Source: Oopsacas minuta
Taxonomy: Eukaryota; Animalia; Porifera
Assembly (NCBI GenBank): GCA_024704765.1
Contig: JAKMXF010000343.1
Coordinates: 845,151-909,150 of the forward strand
DNA: 64,000 bases
Reading direction: 5' to 3'
Part shown: positions 37,346 to 50,586 of the stretch, piece after piece
Layout: every line of letters starts with the position of its first letter
Position numbering within the stretch: position 1 is the first letter of the stretch
Position numbers and translations under genes: made by a program
Notes under the pieces: model-generated
Seen by the model: only the letters and a program-made list of their open reading frames with translations
Told to the model about the DNA's origin: nothing
The model's database searches: none

Positions 37346-37479
37346 TGTTGGGGTGCGAGAGATATGTTAATGAGTCGCGGCAGGTAGAACATATTTCTGA
37401 ACTTCAGTGGATATATCGATACTCGTCGTCACAAAATTCATTTTCTTCAGGAACGAAAAGTTTAATCAGTCATTAAGGG

Positions 37480-40400
37480 CAGGGACGACTGGCTCAAATA
37501 TTCGGCCCGGGAAAATATTATTAAACCGGCCCACTCTACTAAAAACAGATTTATTTTTTATACAAAATTCTATATGATGTTTTCAAACCTAAAACTGTAA
37601 AAGCTTTGACAATTCCTGACTTTTATTCGCACATGATTGATTATTTCTCGGGGTCTACTTGGACTAAAATGTCCTTTTCTACACACATCATCATGAATCC
37701 CTCCAGATATTCTTGTGCTAGAAGATTGCGATATTTTGTTTTGATGTGCTTCAATTTAGAGAACGATCGTTCACATGCAACTTGTGTAACTGATATTGTC
37801 AATAGAAACTTGTAAGCTGCAAAAAGTGTAGGGTATGATCTTACATACATATTGTATCTTAATAGACACGTGTAAACACATGTCATACAGTTCTTGCAGC
37901 TCTTTTCGTGTCCCGTTTCCAGATCATCACTTTCATTTTCAACTAGTGTTTGATAGTTTTCAGGCAGAACTTTCTGGAATGCTGACCAATTATTAGCAAG
38001 AGAAATGAGTTCATCTCTTAAATCATCCACTTTGATTTCTAGAAAATGTTGCTTAAGTAAAGTAGACACTTTTCTAGTGCGGAATCCGGCAAGGTATTTT
38101 GTAACTTTATCTTGTCAAAATTGCGAGGATCAAAGTAAGAAATCGAAGCATAGAGATCTTCATGTATTCGAAACCTTCTTTCTATACTTGTATAGTTGTA
38201 TCTATAATTACATTAAAAGTTTCAATGTTAAATCTTTCCAGTGCATCAGTTGGTGACTCATCTGGTGCTTCATCACCTGGCATTATATTTTTCTTTCTGT
38301 ATCTTCTAAGAGGAAGTGAATTATCAAGAAAAATATCACAGTCTAATAATTCTAGCTTTTCAGTTTGAGATTCAATGAATTTGTTAGCAGTAAGTATAAT
38401 GGACTCAATTCATCTTTCATTCTCCTAAGGGATTCCATAGTTGTTACAGTCATTCCTTGAGCTTGTATAAAGTCGAGACCAGAAGTTTGAAGGTATTCAG
38501 AAAGTGGAGTAGTCACTTGAAATAATCTAGGGTAAATATGTGCAACCAAAATTGTTTCATATTTTATTAGGCCACTCAGTAATGCCTGAGCATCAACCTT
38601 GCCTTTGCGTTCATTTCAGCTGCTTTGGAGATTGAATCCAAACTTCAATAAGATTTACAAATAATGCATTGAAAGGATCCTTCCAATTCCCAAAATATCT
38701 TTTAGTGCTCTGTCTTTTGACCACCAACGAGTAGTTCCTATTGCCTGAAGTTGTTTCAGCTTATGTGATCCTTTTGATTCACTGAGATTGCCTTTCCAGG
38801 CGTTCATTCTCAAGTAGGAATTAGAGAAAGAGTAGCGCAGGAGTTCAGTAATCCCTAAAGAGAAATAGAAGCTGAATTTGAGGATGTGGCTTCTGTGATG
38901 ACCAGATTTAATACATGTGCATAACACCATACATGAATATGATTAGGCGATGCTTGTTTTATCCATGCATTGAGGCCATTATATTGCCCAGCCATGTTGG
39001 CTGCACCATCGGTACTGTCAGAAACGCAATGAGAAATCTTCAAATTATTGGTTTTCAAAATAGTGTGAAGCATTTCGAATAACCTTGACCCCTTACCTGA
39101 GTTACTGGCTACGAAAGCAAGAAGACGTTCATGTACTTGATCAGTTACATAACGAATAATTACTGAACACTGATCTGTAGTTGTAATATCTTGAGTTGTA
39201 TCGATCTGAATGGAATAGATCCCGGCTTTTTCACTTCTTGAACTATTAAATCAAGCTGTAACTGATGGATTGCCTCAAGAATATAGTTTAACGTAGTTTT
39301 GGAAATAAGGGTGATGAGAGATCCACGGCCTTTTTGACCTTCACAAAGCGAACTGTGTCTCTTCTTGCTCTCACATATGACTTTGTCAAGATGAACTCTT
39401 AGTATTTCATCGTATTTTGACAGTAACAATAAAAGTTCTAAAAAATTACCATGATCAATTAACGGATCATCCAAAAGAAAGGCACTTTCAGCCTTATTAC
39501 CTCTGTAACTCAGACCACGCTTTCCTATGAACATAAGTATATCAATAATTCGTTCCATAACTTTGCGTTTTTGAATAACCTGTGATTTGCGTATATTTGT
39601 AGCGTTCCTTACCAAAAGAAATGAAATATCACATTCAGAAGAGTGTATTAAGAAAGCATCTGTATTTTGCTTGTGATATTGAGAACTTTCATGTTCTTCA
39701 ATTCTTTGATAAACATGCTTCCAAGTACTCATTCCAAGAGTAAATTTGTTGGACTCAGACGGTTTGCTAAATGCCAGACAGACAGAACAAAATAAAGCCT
39801 CTTTAGATTCAGAATATGTTAACCAATGACGTGAAAAACCACCCCTCTTATATGCTTTTTCTGGATTGAATGGAATCTTAGTAAGTGGTTGTTGTGGGTG
39901 GTAATGGAAAAAGGAATTTCTCTCATTTTCTGTAGGTTTGGTGAAATATGCATCTACACATTCTGGTAAGCCAACATTATGTGCTTCTTCCCTATATTCC
40001 TGGGATTGCTCCATAGTCAATTCATCTACATATAATGTTGTCCCGATTTCAGCTCTGAGTACATTAGTCGGGACAGCAACATGAGCTTCTGAAGTGTAGT
40101 CATCCATCTGTTCTCCACTGGAATCAGTATCAGATCCTTGACATTCTATACTACATTTTTGTATTTGTTCACTACCTGTTTTGGTAATTGAGGACTCAGC
40201 TACAGCAATACAGACCCCGATTTGCACAGGTATATCGGATTCAGATGAAGTTCTCGATCCAATTCTCTGCTGTCCAGGTTGATTAGCAGCATCTTTGAGC
40301 TGTAACCTCTTTTTTTCCCGAATTTTTTCAGCTCCTCCTTTCCTTTTCTGCTTGTTATATCCATCTGACATAACGTTATTTGTAGTAATAATATTAAATA

Positions 40401-40636
40401 ATCTAAGAATTGAGAACTGAATAGTATAATTAAATTGAAAACTAATGTTAGGGGCTGACACTAAAAATCTCCATATTTTCGATCGCTCAACAGTATTTAC
40501 ATGGTACAGGTGTGGACCCAGTTCTGATATTGTGTTTGAAAGGTTTTGCGTAGGGGGTGTCAGAAGCTCACCGGCCCATCTACCTATCGGCCCACCAGGA
40601 AATCTCCCGGTCTCCCCGTAGGCCAGTCCGTCCCTG
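37480..40636 (-). mobile_element. hAT element, Tip100/ZMYM1-like
   Basis: TIR CAGGGACG(G)ACTGGC, perfect 8-bp TSD ATTAAGGG (37472-37479, 40637-40644). Confidence 0.93.
37641..40371 (-). pseudogene. Tip100/ZMYM1-like hAT transposase pseudogene
   Basis: WLTYS..ALFCSVCLAF..HESSQYH zinc finger, GNFLELL, STDGAANMAG, HVWCYAHVLNL, TRW, LTISVTQVACERSFSKLK; several frameshifts. Confidence 0.9.
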
Positions 40637-40993
40637 ATTAAGGGTACAATACTGTGAAAAGTTTGTAGAAACTTCTCTTGACCATTAGCCATCCTTTTGC
40701 AGCAAAGTTTGTTTCCACTAGTTTCCACCCTGACTTTTAGTATGTATTCCTGTCACGTAATATAAGCATTATATTATAAGTATAAATAGCTTTTCATTGC
40801 GAAACATTAAATTTTGTCTATTTCCATTCTCACATCTACGTTGCTATGGTACAAAATAATGTAATTACATGATAATTTTACACCAATTTAACGCAGTAAG
40901 TATTTCTATATACTGCATATTAGAGGTATTATACAAGCTCATTAACTTGATAACCTATAGAACCTCTACTTACTAATATATAAATGGCTAAAG

Positions 40994-41273
40994 TAGTGCC
41001 GGATTTAGGTATGTGGAAGCCCTGTTCGAGGGCAATCACGTGGCCTTCTGAGCCAATTCAAAGCCGTCACAGTTCGCCCACCTGTCCCATTCTTCAATTT
41101 AGAATGCTTGTGTTTATTGTATTCATGCGAAGGTCATGTTCTAGTATTTCTAGTATAAGATTTATAGTGATTAAAAAGTAGACTTACAGAGTGTATAAAA
41201 TGGATGACGTTGAGTTGTGGGGCACCCAAATGTGAGGCCCCTGTTCGGCCGAGCACTCCTCAATCCGGTACTA
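40994..41273. mobile_element. hAT-type MITE, 280 bp
   Basis: TIR TAGTGCCGGATTTA / TAGTACCGGATTGA, 8-bp TSD GGCTAAAG / GGCTGAAG (7 of 8 match). Confidence 0.8.
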
Positions 41274-41299
41274 GGCTGAAGCAACAATATTATCTGAAA

Positions 41300-43400
41300 G
41301 CCCGAAAATACGTCCTGACTGGGATATCATACTGAAAGTTCATGACTATGATATCTATCAAGCAGCAGGGAAGACAAAAGATATTATGTATGCTCTCTAA
41401 TGTCTGAAATTTCATATAACGTCAGAAAGAGTAAGAAATCAATTGAAAGTTTAGATGGTGAGTGATGGAGTGCAAGTATTCCATGGATCCTTGTTAAACG
41501 GAAGATCATCCAATCACTTCATTCTGTTTCGGTCTATGATATAGAAAACGGTGTTATATTGGTTACAAATGTAGAGAGAAGAAATCAATTGATGACATTC
41601 AAGTTGGTGTAAAAAGATAAAGCTTGATCAGCCTGGGATACTTACTTTCATCCGTCAGTTAGCAGAAATTTTGAAAATATTTCTGTTATTCGCTATGTTG
41701 CTCTTCTCCTGTATATTGTAGCTGAAGAACAAATTGGTTTTAAAGGCATCGCAAATATTGCATGGAAAATCTATAACGAAGAATCAATACTAACTATCAG
41801 TGACATAGTTTCACCAGAAAAATCAACATTCTTAGCATATCAACTTAAGCTCAGAAAAGGAAAATGGAGAGATCTTAAATATTATCTCCAATCAGAAAGC
41901 CTCGTTTTGTCAACTTGAGAAATACTTATTGAAATTAGAAAGTCAATTGTTCCAACATTTAACTGGTATCCAAATGTTTCCAATCCTATAGGGGTCTATA
42001 TATCTTACTCATCACATGTAATTTCTATCTTTGACCGGTTGCTAAAAGAATGGGTGCTAAATTTTCTTGCACCACACTTCTATCCATTAACACTCAAAAT
42101 CAAGCATGAACTTGATGGTTCTGGATCTCATACTTCTCCTGGGTTATTATCAGACTCGAATATAGACCGATCAAATTATATTGTCTTCATGGTTTCTCCC
42201 ATTCAGGTGATAGATCGATTCGGAATGTTCTGTGGGATAATAGACATCCTAACTCATGTTTTCCAACCAATTAGTAGCACTTATTTGCCAAAAGGAGACT
42301 ACATTTTTTAGCTCAAAAGGAAAACAAGAAAATATACAATTTCTAATGGACAGCATTATTGACTCCGAAGTTGATTCAATTACACAAGAGGGTATTCTAC
42401 TTCCAAAAGGACTTTTAAATGTGACATTTCACCGTACCATGATAGATGGTAAGATGTCAGAGAATCTAAGTGGAGCAGGTGGCGCCCATTGCCAACTATG
42501 TACAGCCAATAAATCTGGAGTAAAAGACTTAGAAATTGTAAGGTCAGGAGTTCCAATAAACAGAAGCATTACCACTGCTAAAAAAATCTTTTCTATAGTT
42601 GATGAAGAAGAATATCCCTTGCTCCCTTCTTTAAGTTATAGCTTGGCACATCCAGAACTATCAAGCATAGACATAATTCCTGTATCTACTCTACATACAT
42701 ACGTTGTGCCTTCCATTGGTACTTGAATTAAATATATCACAAACATTCAGGCACGTATAAATGGTCACCTTCATCCAGAGTTATAGTTGATTCTATGAAA
42801 TTTGCTCGCGAGCAATTATATGAAAAGACTAGTTTGAGAAAAGATCAACAAAGCACTGACGGGGGACACTTCCTTAGGGAATGTTGCTAGATCTTGTTTT
42901 CTCAATAAGAAAAACATCATCTATTAGCTATGTACCATGATCCCAGCAGATCTGAGTGAACCAATACGTACTCTACAACCAATCTTACTGTATTGTTACG
43001 GGTCTTTAATTCTAATCAAGCATTGACACAAACAAATTGGATTCGCTTGGCAAAGAGACCTATGAATCAATACTCATCGATTTGCCGAGGGCAAGTATAA
43101 CTCATTCACTTCACAGACTACTAGATCATTCTGCAGAATTAATTCGAGATTGTAACAATGGTTTCGGACTGAAGGACTTTTCTGAGGAAGCAGTGGAGGG
43201 ATGCAATAAATTGATTAGAAAAACCGTGAACATCTTGACAGAAAGATGCCATTTACATCAAATGCAAAGGATGTGTTTGTACGTCCCCTCAGTCAAAGTA
43301 ACCCTGTTCAAACGAGTTACCGACAACAAACAAAGTGTAAATAATGTTGAGTATTTGGTCATACTTGTCGCTTGAGATGTAGTCTGCACAGCTAGCACCC
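41300..43400 (+). pseudogene. Transib/RAG1-like transposase remnant, locus 1
   Basis: IKHELDGSGSH (first Asp), TMIDGK (second Asp), CQLC, LHT, THSLHRLLDH (Zn ligands), FSEEAVEGCNKLIR (catalytic Glu), C-terminal C..C..FGH knuckle. The 5' boundary is approximate. Confidence 0.8.
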
Positions 43401-45789
43401 CAGGAACAAGATGCACTATTCCAGTCATTAGTCATTGATAATTAAAGTATAATTTATGTTCCCTTCTAGGAGATCAAAGAATATACAAGCTAGAATATGT
43501 ATCAATTAGACTTACAGGGCAGTTATCAATTATCATAGCAAAATTGATGAATTAAGCATATTGGAGATTGAAACAATTTCCAAAATTCACATCATATGGG
43601 TGATATTATTAAAGTTCATGGGTTACTAAAAATAAAAATATTCAACGATAATGATTTTTTTGCCAAACTTTAGAATACCTGAAAATACACATAATGCGAA
43701 ATCCTACATAAATTCTGATAGTTGCAATAAATTCGCGAACACTGATTTCCTATACATCAATAGTATAATTCAAATAGCTAAGTAGTAAACTAATACCTAT
43801 TTCCAATAAGTTCCAAATTAAAGCTACTGTGAGTTTCATTATGAGTATGAACTATAATAACGAATATTATTTTTAGTTTTAGAAATTCACATTTACTTCC
43901 CAAATAAGTATTTGAGTCGAGATAATAATCTTTTACATAAATGCTCGATGAAAATTCAGGTATGAATTTAAAATGGTGCAAATTAAGCAATTATTTTGAA
44001 ATGACTTAGATCTACTTAATATAGCAGTTCTTAGGTTTTCGGAATAATTGACGTTGTAATGAGATCAGTAGTATCAAAGAAAAACCCAGTAGTGGTAGAT
44101 AAATGAATATTCTAACATAAACGATTTCTGGTGCATTTTCAGAGTGCATCAAAAAAGACGCATATTTTGGAATCAATCAACTGTAGTGATGAAAAGATTT
44201 GGTAGTTTGAGAAGAATGCTACTCTCAAAATTACCGAATCTAATCCATAAATCGAACCGCAATAAATCTTATGGACTGTAGTGGTGTTAACATGGTTTAG
44301 AGCCCCAAACAATGATAAAGGGTAACCGGAAATTCGTTACCCAAAAGGTGAGAGCGACAATACAGGCCAAGGGTAGAAGATTTGAGCAGGACTTGTGCAC
44401 AATCAAGATTTATTTCAACATATTGATATTCTGTTAGATATTGGTACCTACTTAGTATGTTTATTCGAAGATTTTCGTTGACAATTGAGATAGTTATAAT
44501 ATAAAGTGGTAGCCACCTATTAGCAAATCGATTGCGGGACAACAAATCAACGCCCGATTATATTGGAATTTTCACAGGAATGCTTTTACATTAAGGAACA
44601 AAAAGAAGAAATTGGTCATCAACTTTGTAAAAATTACTATATTTGAACCGCCTAGGCTCACTCACTCCAGAACGCTGAGGTACCCAAACTTGGCTCCTAT
44701 GGTTGTACTCCCCAAAATGACATCCTATAAGACAAAAATACATTATCAGTGCATAGGACTAGCAGATTACGGGATATCAAGGAGTTCATGATATCGTTTT
44801 AGGCCTATGCAAACATTACCATAAAAAGTTGAAAGTCCGTGTGTTCACAAAGTCCAAGGGAAAAAGCACGAAAGGTATTTGGCTAGGGTCATTTTGCGTG
44901 GACACGTGTACACCCAGTATTGACTCCATCATAATACTTCTGGTGCAAGTTACACCAATATGTCCAAGTAATATAGGTTTAAAATACCGTTTATTGAAAC
45001 CTACCTTTTACCAGTTATATAGCGCTGAACTTTAACTTTTTGCATTGATACATCCCCTAAGGAAGCGAAAAAATATAGGTAAATGAAGTATATAACTGGT
45101 TTCAATAGATATATTCCTATATCACTGCGATTTAGGTATCCAAGTAACCCTAAAAGCCTGCGGGAAATTATTTATAATATAAGAAACGCTGGCCTGATGA
45201 CATGACAAACATTATAGCAGGAAGGGTAAGGTTTTACTTCATTTGGTCCCCAACTAGGACCGCCACTGGCTAATAGGAGTAATGGATAGCAACATAATAT
45301 TGAGAGGGATAATGATGTGAATAAGGTTGGGAAACACTGCATAACATTTATAACCCGTAGGGGTGCAACTCCAAAACTAACATACCAAGACTAGGGCTGA
45401 AACTTACACAGTGCATAGACATTTGCCGTGCGGTGTGCACGGGCCACGGAGTATGACGAATTTTATCAGATACAATATTATACTATAAACAAAATATTGG
45501 AGGTTATGTAAAGTAGACATTAATTAGTATAATTGTTGCAATGTATACGTTAGATTGGTGTTTAGTGCTAGGGTGCCTCAATTGCCACTTTTGTGTAAAA
45601 CTTGATTCGTTCGGCACTTCTTATGTCCTCTATAGGGTATTGAATGCTAAAGATAAGGGCTGATCATTAAGCCAATTTTTACTGAACTAGGGATACAAAG
45701 AAGTGAATATATTGAGAAGAAATTCTTTAATTGTCAATAAAATGAAACCCATACATTTTCACCAATAAATATATAATTGACTGTAAGAA

Positions 45790-45900
45790 TCCACAAAAGC
45801 CACATTTGTGAAGAAAAACAGATCGAAGTGACGTCATCTATAGCATAATTGGCAAATGTGCACCAAAAGATGTTCCCATTTGAAACCATGTATAACGAAA
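45790..45900 (+). repeat. Dispersed subterminal-like repeat, also at about 55760-55855 (+) and 56580-56640 (-)
   Basis: Shared CATTTG.GAA....CAGATCGA.GTGACG.CAT....AGC.TAATTGGCAAAT...TTGAAACCATG. The two copies at 55.8 and 56.6 kb are inverted, as in a MITE. Confidence 0.55.
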
Positions 45901-48299
45901 ATTATTAATGGATGTATCCAAGGATATTTTCATACAAAATATCAAAGAATTGCCATAAGATTGTCATCAGGGTCCAGCGACATTAATATGGCTGGTAATT
46001 CAATAAATTAGAAAGTGGTAGAAATAGAGGAAGTAAAGTTCGTGTTTCACAGTTATGGTAGTGACCATGGGTGGGTGACATATTTTTGACCATTATTCAC
46101 CCATAACTTGACAACCTTCAATGTTATGGCCAAATCAACTTAAACAATTATAGTATATACCTGACTTCCTATACCCTGACATACATTATATACGATAGCT
46201 TTAAAGAATATTGTAAAGTCATCAAACGCCGTTCGCAGTTTCGACTATTCGCGGGTGAAATTTTGTGCCTTATTTAGTTGTTCGCGACTCATTCCCCTAG
46301 AATATTTGCCGTTTTCAATACACACATCAGCCCTTCAATAAAAAATTGAACAGTTTGTATCCTTGGAATACATGTATATTCATCTCAAGAATATAACCAT
46401 CAGAGATATAATAAGGAAATGAATTTAACTCTGAAATGCTATTTTTATCATAAGAAATTTTTTCTATTTTGAGCGGCAACACCCTCAGGTGCCAGGGTAA
46501 TAAATTTGAAACAATAAGTACGTTATCAATTTACTCATTAATTATTTAGTTTCAACATTGGTGAATTTATTTGACATAATTAATAAGTAAGCAGGTAGAT
46601 GACGATATTCTGGGCCTGGAAACACTATGTATAGACTATGTGTATTGTCAAATATCAATATCACATTCATTCGGGCCAAAAAGGCATCATTTACTTTTAT
46701 CGCGACAAATAGAATTTCCATGTGTAAATATTGAGGTAATCAAACGATCCCTGGTCCAAAATTTTTCGAAACCATAAAGCCTCTGTGTATAGAATGCTAT
46801 ACATAAACATTAATGTAAAGAATGCTATACATAAACATTAAGGTTCATGAATTAAAGAAATATAGATATAACAAACCTTTGTCGTTTATAAAAGGGACAG
46901 CCCCTGCAGTTGAATGAATGATGTTGCTAACATCCATAATAGCGTATGTTTTGGCGAATAAATTAGAATGTGATCTAGACAAATGTCGATAAAAGATAGT
47001 AAACAACATCACTATATGGATTCATGGAGTATATAAGTATAAATATAAACTAAAACAAAGTACAGTAGGCTCGGATAAGTCGTACCACTTAGAGAGTCAT
47101 GAAAAATCAGGACGTAAAACCAAAAACGTCTTATCCGAATATTATTCCAATACAAGTAATACAAACTTGATAATCCGTTGTGGGAAAAGTACGTACTAAC
47201 CGAGAGTATGTTTTAAGTTGAGTAAATATTCATCGAGTTCAACTGGATTATAAATAAATGTGAAGCATCGTTTGTAACATTTTGGACAAATGGCATCGAA
47301 AAGAAGTATAATAATATTACATTTTGGCGCCACATATAGTGATACTTTTAAAGTGCCACTTTGGGGCAAATTATATACGTAACTCATTCAGTTTGATAAG
47401 ATTATTTAGAGGATCAATTTTTGTGTAGCTAGACCCAGCTAGCCTACCTTTGTCAACCAAGGGGGAAATAGATAAGGTTGGGAGAAATTTGAGAATGGAT
47501 TTGAGTTCTGTACAATTATAGATCGGATATGTAATTAGCTCATAATATATTTAAAGAGCAAAATGTGACTAAAATATCTAGGTAGAAAACTTTCATGGCT
47601 TTAGTCAGGATATTGTTAACTAACTGTCATATAGTTCTCTAATGTATATTATATACGGAATTTCGGTACAATTGCAGAATCTTACACCCCCCAACTTTTT
47701 TAATGTGGTCAAAAATCCCTATATGCACCGTTCAAGAACTCGTTGAGAGAAGTTGATAGAGCTAAAGAACTCCAAAATCGGATTAAAATCGACAAAGTTA
47801 CGAAAAATTTACTCCCTAAGCCAAATCCTATGGGGAAAATTGGGTACAATTGCAGAATCTTACACCCCCCAACTTTTTTAATGTGGTCAAAAATCCCTAT
47901 ATGCATCGTTCAAGAACTCGTTGAGAGAAGTTGATAGAGCTAAAGAAATCCAAAATCAGATTAAAATTGACAAAGTTACGAAAAATTTACTCCCTAAGCC
48001 AAATCCTATGGGGAAAATTGTATTACTCACTATAGTCAAATTGTATTCATTTATACATTACAATTACCATAGGAATGCTCATACTGTTGATATTGCGGTT
48101 ATACACGCTTGTTACTCTACTCTTTCATGCTCATTTGTTTGCTATTCAGTGTATTTCACTGCAGGTAATTCTTGTTACTTTAAAGGAAAGCTGGTTACTA
48201 CATAATTCTGTCTGCAACACTAAATATACAATGCAACATTTCATTTCATATTATGCTTGCAATTAAATTGCATCCTGTATGTGAAGTCGTTCAAACGTA

Positions 48300-48525
48300 C
48301 CATACTTGCCAACTGTTACGTTGGTTGGCGGGACACCACGATTACTCGCCCCGAATATGCGTTGACTGCCAATGAGGCTAATGTCCAGCCAAAACTTGAC
48401 AAAACCCTTAATTGTCCCTATATTTTGTAGTCCAGTCTAATACAAATATGCTGCATCCGACGATGTCCCACTCAATTAGCCCCTTCTGTCCCACATTTTA
48501 TCTTCACTCATGTTGGCAAGTATGG
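48300..48525. mobile_element. 226-bp MITE-like segment carried inside Merlin (second copy 51719-51944)
   Basis: 14-bp perfect inverted repeat CCATACTTGCCAAC...GTTGGCAAGTATGG. No TSD discernible. Confidence 0.45.
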
Positions 48526-49642
48526 GGTTGACACTTGCCCTGTAATACCCCGATAATGTTTAGCCAGTGCAGAGCAAAAGTATCAAGTTTTGGATAGCTA
48601 ATATAATACAGGTGGTATTTCTTGCCTGAACCAAATGTGTGGGGTCAAATGTCTATTATAGATAAACTTGAGCAAGTGTAGTCAGTTTGTAACTGCAACA
48701 CATTCTCATTATAACGAAGTGTTCTGGACTGGTACGGAACCCGGTTACATTTCGTGATCTGCAGAATTAGGATATATGCGGAGTAAGATCAATACTTTCA
48801 AGCTGGAGGGGGTTTGTGAATCACTTTGTTATAGAGTGAGTTTAGCCATATAATTGATGTTAGCTTATAACGAAAGTTTACAGTACAGGACCTTATGAGG
48901 TGGTGTAACAGGTTCGGCGGTCGCTCCGAACCAATAATTAGCAATGTATATTAATGGTGAGATGTGATGAATGCTGCAACAGTAAGTTTGTGATTCCTGC
49001 GTTCCTACAATACCAGTATTATTAGACAGTCAACTCCGCTTAATTAGGACAAATTTAGGTAATCGAGTGAAAATTAATAACTCACTCAAGAGGATTTCTC
49101 TTGATTTAGGAAATTGTAATAAGCTACGTACTAGGTACATCGCCTAATTTGGGATAAATATGGCCAAATCAAATTCTATTTACTACTTATTGTTATCGGA
49201 AGACAATATAACGATCCGAATGAGAAATTTATTTGATTATGGGATTATTTACATAAATTTTCTTTACAACCAACAATCACCTAAAATATGGTAAATATGC
49301 TTGAGATTAAACATGAGAAGTGTGGTAAAAATATGTGGTTTCAGATGTAATTTCTATTGTATAGATTTGTTGATGTGTTCATAGTTCTACCAGTATCTAT
49401 TACATACGAAATTTAGTATAATTGGAATTCTGTTTGTCAGGTTACTGAGTTGAACAACAAATGGTTTAGGAAAGTGGCATGCAAACCACATGTAATTATT
49501 ACCTATACTTAAAGAATACATTCCAAACGATCATACAATGTATTTCGATCAATCTTAAGTCAAGTATAAAAGGAATATCAGGGAAATAGAACTAACAAAT
49601 CCTAATTATTCGAGTTGTGATATTTCTATTATAAAACCCTTA

Positions 49643-50586
49643 ATGGCAGTTGCTCCATCGTTTCAACCTCTGCTGGTTCCTACAATATTTCCAGTTATTG
49701 AAGAAATTACCTTAAAACAACTTTTTCGTAATATCACTATTGATAAAGATACTTGTATAGCATGGCTCAAAAGTAACGGACTTTTAGTTACCGGGATGAT
49801 GTGCAAATGCGGTAGAATTATGAGACCCGGAACATTTTCAGGTTTTGAGGATGGAAAGGGGTGGAGGTGCCCGGAAAAGTCATGCAAGAAATTCGCTTCG
49901 ATGAGGATTGCTCATTCTTTGAAGGTGCTCATATACCCTTAACTGAGTTGGTAGAATTTCTCTATTTCTGGGCCGATAATCTGCAAACTACTGCCTTTTT
50001 AAACAAGAATCTAGGGTGGGGAGAGCATACTATAACAGACTGGAAGAACTTCCTCAGAGACCTATGTGTTGAGGAATTTTTAGTCAATCCTCAACCAATT
50101 GGAGGGCCTGGGCATATTGTAGAAATAGATGAATCAAAGTTTGGACATCGAAAGTATTCATGAGCTCGTATGCTATCAGGTCAATGGGTATTTGGAGGAA
50201 TAGATAGAGAGACAAAAGATATCTTTATGATACCTGTTCAAGACAGGTCGGCTGCAACATTAGTCCCTCTCATCCAGAGATATATTCTTCCGGGCACTAC
50301 CATACTTTCTGACGAATGGGCATCGTATAATTCTATCCCCGCTGCAAGTTTTCAGCATCTCACCGTCAACCATAGTCTCAATTTTGTTGACCCTACTACA
50401 GGTGTACATACGCAAACAGTTGAGAGTACATGGGGTGGTGCGAAGAAACGGCTGAGGAATTGCATGACTACTAACCCTATACTTTTAGATACCCACTTAT
50501 CTGAAGTTTGTTGGCAGAAGAAATATGGAGAAGCTAGTTTCTCCAACCTTATCATGGAAATAAGGAAACAATATCCAGTTGTCTAA
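49643..50586 (+). pseudogene. Merlin transposase pseudogene, unit 1
   Basis: MMCKCG..WRCPEKSC zinc finger, VEIDESKF, WVFGGIDR, ILSDEWASY, VNHS..FVDP..VHTQTVESTW. One frameshift near 49905 and a TGA at 50161. Confidence 0.93.

Noticed and set aside
41300-43400. Host RAG1 gene or ProtoRAG
   Set aside because: Only degraded Transib-type core motifs; no RAG2-like partner, no RAG1 N-terminal RING region and no paired RSS-like TIRs identified.
46791-46841. 28-bp-period direct repeat AGAATGCTATACATAAACATTAA
   Set aside because: A two-copy local slippage duplication with no wider structure.
47665-48020. 178-bp tandem repeat as a satellite or LTR
   Set aside because: It is the outer part of the Merlin TIR, found inverted at 54815 and bounded by an 8-bp TSD; there are no TG..CA ends or PBS.
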